A DNA stretch of 64,000 nt, taken from an uncultured Acidimicrobiales bacterium (GTDB lineage: Bacteria > Actinomycetota > Acidimicrobiia > Acidimicrobiales > CAVXTF01). A program made the translations under genes and the position numbers. The stretch lies in the NCBI GenBank assembly GCA_963701375.1, contig CAVOZT010000003.1:508086-572085 (forward strand), in the 5' to 3' direction. Numbering within the stretch: the first letter of the stretch is position 1; each line of letters starts with the position of its first letter. Positions 1 to 8,741 of this stretch are shown piece by piece. The notes under the pieces were generated by a model that saw nothing but the letters and a program-made list of their open reading frames with translations, was not told where the DNA came from and did no database searches.

Positions 1-2
1 TG

Positions 3-344
3 GTGGTTCGCCAGACCACTCGTGACACTTCCTTGGCAGGGGTCGAGATACCCCGGGGTCAGGTCGTGTGCGCGTACGTGGCGTCGGCGAACCACGACGA
101 GAGGCGCTACGACAATCCCGAAGCATTCGACATCCATCGGACGCCGACACCCCATGTTGCGTTCGGGTCGGGACCTCACACATGCGTGGGTATGCACTTG
201 TCTCGTCTGGAGACGCGAATCGCGCTGGACGCAATCCTCGAGCGCCTTCCCCGCCTCCGTCTTGATCAAGACAAGCCGTACCCTCGTATTCAAGGAAATT
301 TGGCGTTCCGATCGCCGGCAGCAATCCCCGTCTGCTTCGATTGA
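3..344 (+). CDS. cytochrome P450, C-terminal fragment (5' end outside window)
   Basis: Haem-thiolate loop FGSGPHTCVGMHLSRLE; the ORF enters from the window edge. Confidence 0.85.
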   Translation: MVRQTTRDTSLAGVEIPRGQVVCAYVASANHDERRYDNPEAFDIHRTPTPHVAFGSGPHTCVGMHLSRLETRIALDAILERLPRLRLDQDKPYPRIQGNLAFRSPAAIPVCFD

Positions 345-347
345 CGA

Positions 348-1397
348 CTAATAGCTTGGGACCACACTGAAATTAGTAAAGTCGAATGTGGCATTCATTC
401 CATTGGTAGAGCAGATTTCGGCACCATAGTCCACCTGCCACAGCCTTCCAGATGAGCCGCCGAAGATCCATCCTTTGGAGATTGCGTAGTTGAAGAAGTC
501 AAGCAGATTATAGTTCCCGGATGTGAGGCTATTTGTAGCGACGAAAGCTAGATACATTCCACCGCATGGTGCCGGATTACACAAATCGAAATTTCCACCC
601 TCGTAAACTTTGTATGTATATCCACCGATATTAACCGACGCGGCTAATTTTCCACTAGGGAGTTGCCCGTTATTGTAGTTCCAAATCATAAGCTCGGTAT
701 GGGTCTGGCCACCATACCCGTTGAGCCAAATGTCGTAGGCGTATTCGTAGTCAAACCCAGGGCCTGATGGGGTGCTGCCATCGGTGAAGGTAGAGGAAAG
801 TCCGGTAAGAGAGCCAATCGCTGGCTGGTTATTGAGCGTCATCTGGGAGTTAGGGTAGGTCTGTACGGCTTTGCCCTGGCTGGTCATGTTGGACGTGACA
901 TACCAACTGTTGTAATTGCAGGAATACAACGTCTGAGTCACCGACAATCGATTCCACATGTTGTTGGTGACGTAGTAGTTGCCATAACTCGTGCCGCCGG
1001 AGTCCGACGATGTCTGGAAGTTGGGGTTCGTGCATTGCCCAGGAGTGCGCGGTGCTGGCGGTGGAGTGGAGGTGGGGGTCGAAGCGAGCGTCGGCTTGGG
1101 AGTCGGTTGGGACGTGGATATCGGAGTTGACGTGGTGGGACTTTCCGTCGGAGTTGGTGTTGGTTTGGTGGTTGTCGTCACCACCGGGGTAGGGGTAGAA
1201 GTGCTGGTCGACGCTGGCCCTGACGCAATTGTCGTAGTTGTGACGGCGACTTTCCCGTGCTTCGGAAGCGTCTTATGCGATGAGCCGCACGCCGATAACA
1301 ACACGGCGACCAGCACGAGAATCCCGATCCGGTTCGCCGGGAAAGGTCTTCGCGCTTTGGTACCTAGAAGCTGAATCCTGTTGAGGTCAAGAGGCAT
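348..1397 (-). CDS. secreted GH12-like endoglucanase with Thr/Pro-rich linker
   Basis: N-terminal TM/signal segment, TTTKPTPTPTESPTTSTP linker, then YEYAYDIWLNGYGG..HTELMIWNY (GH12-type ELMIW nucleophile motif) and a C-terminal DYGAEIC acid/base-like motif. Confidence 0.6.
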   Translation of the reverse strand: MPLDLNRIQLLGTKARRPFPANRIGILVLVAVLLSACGSSHKTLPKHGKVAVTTTTIASGPASTSTSTPTPVVTTTTKPTPTPTESPTTSTPISTSQPTPKPTLASTPTSTPPPAPRTPGQCTNPNFQTSSDSGGTSYGNYYVTNNMWNRLSVTQTLYSCNYNSWYVTSNMTSQGKAVQTYPNSQMTLNNQPAIGSLTGLSSTFTDGSTPSGPGFDYEYAYDIWLNGYGGQTHTELMIWNYNNGQLPSGKLAASVNIGGYTYKVYEGGNFDLCNPAPCGGMYLAFVATNSLTSGNYNLLDFFNYAISKGWIFGGSSGRLWQVDYGAEICSTNGMNATFDFTNFSVVPSY

Positions 1398-1908
1398 GGT
1401 TCAGCTTCTCGGAGAGGAAACCGTTCTGGCCGAACAGTTGCACGCGCCACAGCTCGCGTAATTCGGTGGCGTCGAACGCGTCGGGGTGGAAGTCGCGGCG
1501 GTTGTAGGCGCGCACGTGCCGCAAGACGCCGGCCGACAAGAACGGACACCGGGGTAGTCGGATGAGCCCTGCGAAGAGGCGGACCCTGAATCCGAGTTCC
1601 TCGAGCCGGCCGTTGAGCTGGCGATGCAAACCGCCGTGCATCGATTCCTGTCCGACGAAGCGGTTGACGTGCTCACGCAACTCGGGGTCGCACAGATGCT
1701 CTCGCTGGTCGCGAACCGATCGTACGAAGAGAGACTCACCGCTCGGGAACATTCCCGACAGCACCGCGATCATGTTGCTAACAACCGGATCCTCGCCCGC
1801 GAAACGCGGGCCGATTCGTTCGGTCGGCAACGGTTGCAGACGCCGCACCGGGATGTCCCGCGCCGGGGATTGCCGGACGCTGTCTCGTGGATTTGGATCA
1901 GTTGACAT
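1387..1908 (-). CDS. PF10118-like predicted metal-dependent hydrolase, possibly truncated
   Basis: MFPSGESLFVRSV..FVGQESMHGGLHRQLN resembles the N-terminal half of that family. About 173 aa from ATG 1908, shorter than I expect. The 3' end overlaps the GH12 start. Confidence 0.4.
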   Translation of the reverse strand: MSTDPNPRDSVRQSPARDIPVRRLQPLPTERIGPRFAGEDPVVSNMIAVLSGMFPSGESLFVRSVRDQREHLCDPELREHVNRFVGQESMHGGLHRQLNGRLEELGFRVRLFAGLIRLPRCPFLSAGVLRHVRAYNRRDFHPDAFDATELRELWRVQLFGQNGFLSEKLNHAS

Positions 1909-3337
1909 GGGAGGAGGTTGACTCGCTGGCCGCCAGCATCTCATCCACGCCCACCCGTATGCCCTCAGCTATGACGTCGACGTCAGAGGCGTGGTCGTAG
2001 TCGCCGGTGATCCCGAAGTTGAGCTCGCCGTCGTAAGACAGGATGGCGACGCCTACTCGAACTTGGAGCCCGATCGGTACGTATGGGTAGGCGCGCAACA
2101 TGCGGCGGCCGGCCGCGTAAAGCGGGAACTGCGGACCGGGGATGTTGGTGGTAACCGTATTGACGTTGCGCTGCGGGGCCTTGGCAATCACGTGCGACCC
2201 AAGGGTGGCGAGTGTCGGCGGTACGAACCTGGTCAAGCTCATGAACCCCTGGGCAGCACCAGCCTCTTTCCCTTCTTTGGCGGAGGTCATCTGAACGCTG
2301 ACAGCTCTCAGTCGCTCCACCGGGTCAGTCGTCTCTACCGGCAAACTGGCAAGAACGGCCGACACCTTGTTGGCCAGAGTCCCGTCGCCCACCGCCCTGC
2401 CCGTGGCGTCACGAGCCCGCACTGATACCGGCACGAGGGCTCGTATGGATCGGTCCAGGGCTTCGCCTCTCTTTTCGAGAAGGGTCCGAAAGCCGCGGGT
2501 CACCGCGGCCATGGCGACGTCGTTGAAGGCGCCTCCTAGCGACGAACGGACCACTTTGATGTCGGAAATCGGCACGGAGGTCGCGGCCCAGCACCTGTGC
2601 GGCCCGATCGGCCCGTTGAGGCTGCCCGCCGCTGTGGGCTTTATCACCCTGGCCAAACCTGGGATGCCGCGGGCTAGTTGGCCGATTTGCTTGGTCGCTT
2701 CGCCCATCTGCCGGACCGCGTAGCCAGCGGTCCCTGTCACGTCCAGCATTGACCGCGCTATTTGTCGCGTACTGGACGCGGCCTGAACCACGGTCTGCGC
2801 CAGCAGTTCTCTCGTGCCGGGGATGGGATCCGGCCGCCATTCGCCGGGCAGGATGGGCTCTGCGTCGGGTTGCAGGTCGAGAATGAGGCCTAACAATTCG
2901 ACACCGCCTACCCCGTCGACCATGCAGTGGTGCACCTTGGCAATGACCGCCCATCGGTCATCTTCTAGGTCCTCGACCACCCACAGCTCCCATAGGGGGC
3001 GGGAGCGATCCAGGGGACAGCCCATCAAGTCGCCGACGAGATCACGCAGTTCCTTGATGCCTCCCGGCCCGGGAAGCGCCACCCTGCGTAAGTGGTAATC
3101 GAGATCGAAGTCTGGGTCGTCGACCCAGACCGGTCTGGCTAGGTCGAACGCGATCCTGCGCGTTACCTGCCGGTAGCGGGGCACCTCCGCCAGCTTTCCG
3201 GCCACCATGTCGCGCAGCCGGGAGAATCGGGGCGCCGGCCCTTCGAGGATCAGCACCGACCCGATGTGCATCTGGTTGAAGTTGTTCTCGACGTCGAGAA
3301 ACCCGGCGTCGAGTGGACTTAATCGATCGAAACTCAA
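1898..3337 (-). CDS. wax ester synthase/diacylglycerol acyltransferase (WS/DGAT)
   Basis: N-terminal LSPLDAGFL and catalytic HHCMVDGVGG (HHxxxDG); TTG start with GGAGG 6 nt upstream. Confidence 0.9.
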   Translation of the reverse strand: MSFDRLSPLDAGFLDVENNFNQMHIGSVLILEGPAPRFSRLRDMVAGKLAEVPRYRQVTRRIAFDLARPVWVDDPDFDLDYHLRRVALPGPGGIKELRDLVGDLMGCPLDRSRPLWELWVVEDLEDDRWAVIAKVHHCMVDGVGGVELLGLILDLQPDAEPILPGEWRPDPIPGTRELLAQTVVQAASSTRQIARSMLDVTGTAGYAVRQMGEATKQIGQLARGIPGLARVIKPTAAGSLNGPIGPHRCWAATSVPISDIKVVRSSLGGAFNDVAMAAVTRGFRTLLEKRGEALDRSIRALVPVSVRARDATGRAVGDGTLANKVSAVLASLPVETTDPVERLRAVSVQMTSAKEGKEAGAAQGFMSLTRFVPPTLATLGSHVIAKAPQRNVNTVTTNIPGPQFPLYAAGRRMLRAYPYVPIGLQVRVGVAILSYDGELNFGITGDYDHASDVDVIAEGIRVGVDEMLAASESTSSHVN

Positions 3338-3763
3338 CGCAGACCTCCAGGTTCCTGATCAGGGCATAGCGCCGCCGCGCCCAAGCGTTGGAAATCGGGC
3401 CTCCGCGTCCGGCTTACGCGTCACGTCCAAAAGCCAGAACTCTCTGGAGCGACAATTTAAGAGGTTGAGCAATACGGTTTAAGCAATCGCCACGTCGTTG
3501 TCAATACGCTGTGAGCAGGACTCTTGCGCGTTACCGCAGGTAGCAGGGCAAGACAGTTTGGGCACGAAACTCTCAATATCATCAGTCTCTCCTTGCACGG
3601 GTAGATCGTCATCGCGGCCGCGCCTCTCAACACGGGTTGTCTTGCATGCGATCAATGAAGTCCCCACGAGGTTTGTTGCGGGCGAAGTGCTGGGTAACGA
3701 AACCGGCAGGGGTTCAACGACTGGTTCGTCAAAGCGCCGAGCAAAATGCTGAGAGGGGAGCTC

Positions 3764-4714
3764 ATGAGGACACCGGCCAGGTGGCATTACCGCCGCTCCG
3801 CCATGACCGCCGGCGTGCTGGCAATCGTCGCCACGCTCACCATGGGGGTGCTCCCCGCCGCGGCCCAGCTATCGGAGGCCGGTGAGGCCTCGCGATTCCT
3901 CAGCTCGGGTCTGGTCTGGAACTGGTACGCCTCGCCACCGGGAGCCAACACTGGCTGCCGGCCCACGTCCGCCCACCGTTTCCCCGTGGTGCTCACAGAG
4001 GGCACGTTCGCGAACATGTACAACAGCTTTGGGGCCATCGCCCCTGACCTGGTCAACAACGGGTACTGCGTGTACGCCTTCAACTACGGCCAGACCGTCG
4101 TCCCTTCGATGTTCGACGCCATGGGTAACATCCCGAAATCCGCCGGTCAGCTCGCTACCTTTGTCAACCGCGTGCTATCCGAGACCGGAGCAAGCAAGGT
4201 GGACATCGTGGGCTGGTCGCAGGGTGGCATGATGCCTCGGTACTACATCAACGACCTCGGAGGGGCTTCGAAAGTCAACATGCTGGTCGGCCTTGCTCCG
4301 TCGAATTACGGCACCACCGTCAACGGCTTCACGACGCTGATCAGCGACTTCGGCCTGCTGGGCGTCTCAACCGCGCTGCTATCTGTCAAGTGCGAGGCCT
4401 GCGTACAGCAATTGATGGGCTCGTCTTTCCTCAACAACCTCAACCAAAAACCTACGGTCTCGAACGTCAAGTACGTGGTAATCGAGACGGACAACGACGA
4501 AGTGGTGACCCCGTATACCAACGCATTCCTGCCCGCCGCACCCAACGTGCAGAACATTGTGCTTCAGAACCAATGCGTCCAGGACGGAAGCGATCACCTC
4601 TCGATCGCCTACGACTCGAATGCCCTCGCGGACATGATCAACGCACTGGGGCCGGACTCGACGAACTTTGTGCCCGACTGCCAGTCGGTCGGCCCAATCG
4701 TCGGCAACGTGTAG
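3764..4714 (+). CDS. secreted triacylglycerol lipase/esterase (alpha/beta hydrolase)
   Basis: Signal peptide MRTPARWHYRRSAMTAGVLAIVATL..AAAQ; nucleophile elbow VGWSQGG; GAGGGGA Shine-Dalgarno (SD) before ATG 3764. Confidence 0.75.
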   Translation: MRTPARWHYRRSAMTAGVLAIVATLTMGVLPAAAQLSEAGEASRFLSSGLVWNWYASPPGANTGCRPTSAHRFPVVLTEGTFANMYNSFGAIAPDLVNNGYCVYAFNYGQTVVPSMFDAMGNIPKSAGQLATFVNRVLSETGASKVDIVGWSQGGMMPRYYINDLGGASKVNMLVGLAPSNYGTTVNGFTTLISDFGLLGVSTALLSVKCEACVQQLMGSSFLNNLNQKPTVSNVKYVVIETDNDEVVTPYTNAFLPAAPNVQNIVLQNQCVQDGSDHLSIAYDSNALADMINALGPDSTNFVPDCQSVGPIVGNV

Positions 4715-4737
4715 GACCGACACAACTCACAGGATCG

Positions 4738-5508
4738 CTATGAGTTGCGGACCTGGAATGCACAGCCGCCTACGAGGAGCGCGCCGGCGCTCCAGGCAGC
4801 GAGAACGCCGAGGCCTGCCCATGGGCTGATCGGTAGCGAGCTCAAGCCGGTCGTCGATTGGATGGACATGCCGGCGGTCATCGGTCCGACCTGCTCGAGG
4901 TGGCGGTGCCACGATCCCTGGACCGTCGCCGCGAGGATCGGGAATACGTAGAGCAAGGCGAGGACCACCCCGATCGACACCGCCGTGTCCCTGATCGCCG
5001 AAGCGATGCCAAGCGCCAGCAAAGCGATAAGTACCAGGTAGATCACCGAGCCGGCTGCTGCGCGAAGTGTCGGCCCGTTGCCGAGCGAGATGAGCGGGTA
5101 CCCGTTTGCCGGGCCGAGTCCGGCGTGCGACAGGAGGAGTCGCCCGGCAAGGATGCTGCCGGCGACGCCTATAGCGCTCGCACCTCCAATCAGCACAATG
5201 AGGTTCACCGCCTTCGTCGAGAGAACCGTCATTCGGCGGGGGATCGCGGCGAGGGTCGTACGGATCATGCGCGTGCCGTACTCCTCGGAGATGACGAGCA
5301 CACCGAGCACGGCGACGATCGCCTGCCCCAGGTCGACGCCGATCAGGCTGATCTTCGTCGGGTCCTCGGCGCTCCGGCCGCTGACGTGGATCGTGCCGGC
5401 AACGAGCGCGCTGAGCCCGGCAGTGAGCACCATGGTTGCCAGCAAGATCCAGGCGGGGCCGGGTGAGGTGCGGAGTTTCGTCCATTCCGCTCTGAGCGCA
5501 TCGGTCAT
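4738..5508 (-). CDS. ABC-2 type transporter permease
   Basis: LRAEWTKLRTSPG N-terminus typical of ABC-2 permeases; six hydrophobic segments; ATGA overlap with the upstream permease stop. Confidence 0.8.
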   Translation of the reverse strand: MTDALRAEWTKLRTSPGPAWILLATMVLTAGLSALVAGTIHVSGRSAEDPTKISLIGVDLGQAIVAVLGVLVISEEYGTRMIRTTLAAIPRRMTVLSTKAVNLIVLIGGASAIGVAGSILAGRLLLSHAGLGPANGYPLISLGNGPTLRAAAGSVIYLVLIALLALGIASAIRDTAVSIGVVLALLYVFPILAATVQGSWHRHLEQVGPMTAGMSIQSTTGLSSLPISPWAGLGVLAAWSAGALLVGGCAFQVRNS

Positions 5509-7058
5509 GCATCCCTCCGGCGAAGCAGCAGCGCCGCTGCGCCGAGGGCGATGGCGGCGTATAAGCACGGCACAATCAGTGAGATCCAGGCGCCGAGCGG
5601 GTAGTAGCCGTTCTGGACGGTGTAGGGGTAGCTGACGAGAGACGAGGACCGGACCGAGTCGAGGATCGAGAAACCGGCCGCCGGGGTCAGCCGGTAGATC
5701 CATTCGCCTACCGAGCCGGTGAGGGTGGAGCCGAGAATGTTCGGCAAGACGAAGAGGGCGATCCCGGCAACAACTGCACCGGAGCTGCGCCGAAGAATCG
5801 TGGCGAGGCCGAGCACGGCAACGGCAGAGAGCGCGACGAGGATCGCTGACCCGAACAGGACGCGCGCAGTGGTGAGCGCTCCGACCGGGAAGAGGTAGTT
5901 CCCGTTACTGATCAAGAGGTGCCGGCCGACCGGGATTGAGATGGCCGCTGCTACCCCTTCGGTCAGAAATGCCACGGCGAAGATGACGATCGCCTTGGCG
6001 TAAAGGACTCGGCCACGGTTCGGCGTAGCTGTGAACGTCGTGCGGATGAGCCGGCGTCGGTACTCGGCCGTGACGAACATCGCAGCTATCACGATGAGGA
6101 CGATGAGCGCCACGAGGATGCCGATGGTCGTCTGATCCGCGCCAGGATTCTGGGCGATGATGCCGGCCAACACGCCAGGGGCGATGTCGCCGGTGCCGGT
6201 GATCACGAATGTGCCACCGCTATGGCGGGCGCTCCCGGAGCCAAGCGTCGGATAGAAGTTGTTGCCGCCGCCGACGATGGTGTCCTTCCAGGCCGTTGAG
6301 GTCGTGGAGCCCTCAACGGTCACTTGGTCGAAGCGAGCGGTCGCCTGCGTCGTGTTGCCCTGACTCGACAGGGTGTAGGTGACGGGCGACGTGACGAAGA
6401 GACCGACATATACGGTGTCTGGCAGCCCTGTCAGGTCGGTCCGCCCGATCTCGTGCCACGTCGATCCGTTCGTCGAGTCGGAGGCGATGAGAGCATCGCC
6501 GTGGCGGACGAGCCGAAGCCAGCGCGGATTGCTTGGTGAGACGGTGCCAGGCGTGCCCCCGATGTCATGGGAGTAGTCGTACTGGAAACGGACGCCGTGG
6601 CCACCTGTCGCCATCACGGCCGCGTACGGTGCGCCGGCCTTCGTGCTCGAGGTCACGATGACGCCGGCCTTCGCCCACTCTGCGAGACCTGGGCGTTCGG
6701 GTGCGTTCGGCGAGGCCTGGTTCATGTTCTCCTCCGCGACGAAGCCGACGAGCGAGCTGACCCACGCCGTAATTGCGCCGTCGCCGTCGAGTGACTGCTG
6801 TACAAGCTCGTAGGTATCGGCGACGACCTGTCCGCCAGGGCCGACAGGTACCGCAGGATGACCTGCGGAGCACACCGTATGGCCGGGGTTCGACCCGGTG
6901 CAGGTGCCGCTGTGCGAGCCGTTCGCCGACGCGACCGAAAGGAGCGCGCCGAGCACGGCAGCGACGGCAAGGCCGATGGTCCAGCCGCGGACGGTGCGCA
7001 GCTTCGTCCATTCGGCGCGTAGCACCCGAGCGAAACCGTCCCCTTGGCCCTCCTTCAT
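5505..7058 (-). CDS. ABC-2 permease with large extracytoplasmic ConA/DUF1349-like beta-sandwich insert
   Basis: LRAEWTKLRTVRGW start. About 280 aa between TM1 and TM2 contain AEWAKAGVIV..GVRFQYDY..PRWLRLVRHGDALIASDSTNGSTWHEIG..VGLFVTS..ARFDQVTV. ATGA overlap with the ATPase gene. Confidence 0.75.
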   Translation of the reverse strand: MKEGQGDGFARVLRAEWTKLRTVRGWTIGLAVAAVLGALLSVASANGSHSGTCTGSNPGHTVCSAGHPAVPVGPGGQVVADTYELVQQSLDGDGAITAWVSSLVGFVAEENMNQASPNAPERPGLAEWAKAGVIVTSSTKAGAPYAAVMATGGHGVRFQYDYSHDIGGTPGTVSPSNPRWLRLVRHGDALIASDSTNGSTWHEIGRTDLTGLPDTVYVGLFVTSPVTYTLSSQGNTTQATARFDQVTVEGSTTSTAWKDTIVGGGNNFYPTLGSGSARHSGGTFVITGTGDIAPGVLAGIIAQNPGADQTTIGILVALIVLIVIAAMFVTAEYRRRLIRTTFTATPNRGRVLYAKAIVIFAVAFLTEGVAAAISIPVGRHLLISNGNYLFPVGALTTARVLFGSAILVALSAVAVLGLATILRRSSGAVVAGIALFVLPNILGSTLTGSVGEWIYRLTPAAGFSILDSVRSSSLVSYPYTVQNGYYPLGAWISLIVPCLYAAIALGAAALLLRRRDA

Positions 7059-7990
7059 CGCTGCGCCCGAACATCCGTGCGGGCCTGGAACTCGACCGCG
7101 CCGGCGGTGAGCTGGAAGTAGACGTCCTCGAGGTTCGCCCGCTGCGACGTCACTTCCGAGAAGGACACCTGTTCGGCGCTCAGGATCTCGACAACGCGCC
7201 TTGGTTGGAGGCCTGCAACCTCGACTCGATCCGTGCCGGCAATGGACGCGATGCCGCCCGCGGCTTCGATGGCGGCAACGGCGTCCATCGGCGCCTCCGT
7301 GCGCACGGTGACAGCGTCGTTCGACGCGCGGGCGACGAGCTCCTCGATGGCGGCGTCAGCGAGGACCTTGCCCCGGCCGACGACGACGACGTGATCGACG
7401 ACGTCCTCGAGCTCGCTCATGAGGTGGCTCGAGACGAGGATGGCCCTGCCCTCTGCCGCAAGCGAACGAAGGAACCCTCGCATCCAGATGATGCCTTCGG
7501 GATCGATACCGTTGAAGGGCTCGTCCATCATCACGATGAGTGGGTCGCCGAGCATCGCCGCAGCGATGCCGAGCCGCTGGCGCATGCCGAGGGAGTAGCC
7601 GCCGGCTTTGCGCTTGGCCGCCCCCGTCAGGCCGACCATGTCGATGACTTCGTCGACGCGGCCGACGCTGATGCCCTGGGACCGGGCCATCCAGAGCAGG
7701 TGGTTGTGTCCCGATCGGCTCGGCTGGAGCGCGTCAGCATCGAGGAGGGCTCCTACTTTGGTGAGGGGGCGGTGAAGCGTCCGGTAGGGCTGCCCCCCGA
7801 CGAGGGCCGTGCCCTCCTCGGGCGCGTCGAGGCCGAGGATGACCCGCATTGCGGTCGACTTCCCGGCCCCGTTCGGGCCGATGAAGCCGGTCACCCTTCC
7901 GGGTTGAACGGAGAACGACATCCCGTCCAATGCGACGGTCTCCCCGTATCGCTTGCAGACACTGGTCATTTCGATGGCGGCGTCGGTCAT
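7055..7990 (-). CDS. ABC transporter ATP-binding protein
   Basis: Walker A GPNGAGKST, signature YSLGMRQRL, Walker B LIVMMDEP; start chosen at MTDAAIEMTSVCKRYG. Confidence 0.9.
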   Translation of the reverse strand: MTDAAIEMTSVCKRYGETVALDGMSFSVQPGRVTGFIGPNGAGKSTAMRVILGLDAPEEGTALVGGQPYRTLHRPLTKVGALLDADALQPSRSGHNHLLWMARSQGISVGRVDEVIDMVGLTGAAKRKAGGYSLGMRQRLGIAAAMLGDPLIVMMDEPFNGIDPEGIIWMRGFLRSLAAEGRAILVSSHLMSELEDVVDHVVVVGRGKVLADAAIEELVARASNDAVTVRTEAPMDAVAAIEAAGGIASIAGTDRVEVAGLQPRRVVEILSAEQVSFSEVTSQRANLEDVYFQLTAGAVEFQARTDVRAQR

Positions 7991-8075
7991 GGCGTCGTTG
8001 TATGACTCCGTCGGTGTCAGCACCGTGTCGCCGGCTGACACCGCATTGACACCGGGTGCCTGGCATCGTTGCGGG

Positions 8076-8741
8076 ATGCGCGTGTTGGTCGTCGAAGACT
8101 TCGAGGTGCTCGCCCGCTCGATCGGGACGGGGTTACGGCGGGAGGGAATGGCCGTCGACGTCGTCTTGGACGGCACCGAGGCTCTCGCCCGACTCGCCGG
8201 CACCCGCTACGACGTAGTCGTGCTCGACCGGGACCTGCCGGGTGTCGGCGGTGACGACGTCTGCCAGTCGATCGTGGCCGACGAGTCCGGGTCACGCGTG
8301 CTGATGCTGACCGCCTCGAGCACCGTCCGGGACCGCGTGGAAGGCCTCGGGCTCGGTGCCGACGATTACCTTGCAAAGCCGTTCGACTTCTCCGAGCTCG
8401 TCGCCCGGGTCCGCGGACTCGGGCGTCGCTCGACACCTGCAGTCCCGCCGACACTCGAGGTGGGAGAAATCTCACTCGACCCGTCCCGGCGGGTGGCATT
8501 CCGGGACGGCCGCCGCCTCGATCTCAGCCCGAAGGAGTTCGCCCTCCTCGAGTGCCTTCTCGCAGCCGCAGGCCGCGTGGTTTCCGCCGAGGAGCTGCTC
8601 GAGCGGGTCTGGGACGAGATGGCCGATCCGTTCACAACCACTGTGAAGACGACGGTGCGCCGGCTCCGGGCAAAGCTCGGTGATCCGCCGCTGATCGACA
8701 CCGTCCGCGAGGGCGGCTACCGGATCGGAGCGCGCCGATGA
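8076..8741 (+). CDS. OmpR-family response regulator
   Basis: MRVLVVEDFE receiver, DVVVLDRDLPG acceptor region, winged-helix C-terminus (TVREGGYRI). Confidence 0.9.
   Translation: MRVLVVEDFEVLARSIGTGLRREGMAVDVVLDGTEALARLAGTRYDVVVLDRDLPGVGGDDVCQSIVADESGSRVLMLTASSTVRDRVEGLGLGADDYLAKPFDFSELVARVRGLGRRSTPAVPPTLEVGEISLDPSRRVAFRDGRRLDLSPKEFALLECLLAAAGRVVSAEELLERVWDEMADPFTTTVKTTVRRLRAKLGDPPLIDTVREGGYRIGARR

Noticed and set aside
4727-5575. 282-aa minus ORF
   Set aside because: It is out of frame with the ABC-2 permease on the same strand, Arg/Pro-rich, and has no domain signature.
6773-8005. 410-aa + strand ORF
   Set aside because: It lies entirely antisense to the well-supported ABC ATPase and permease genes. 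It is Arg/Asp/Gly-rich with no motifs. This is a typical shadow ORF of high-GC DNA.
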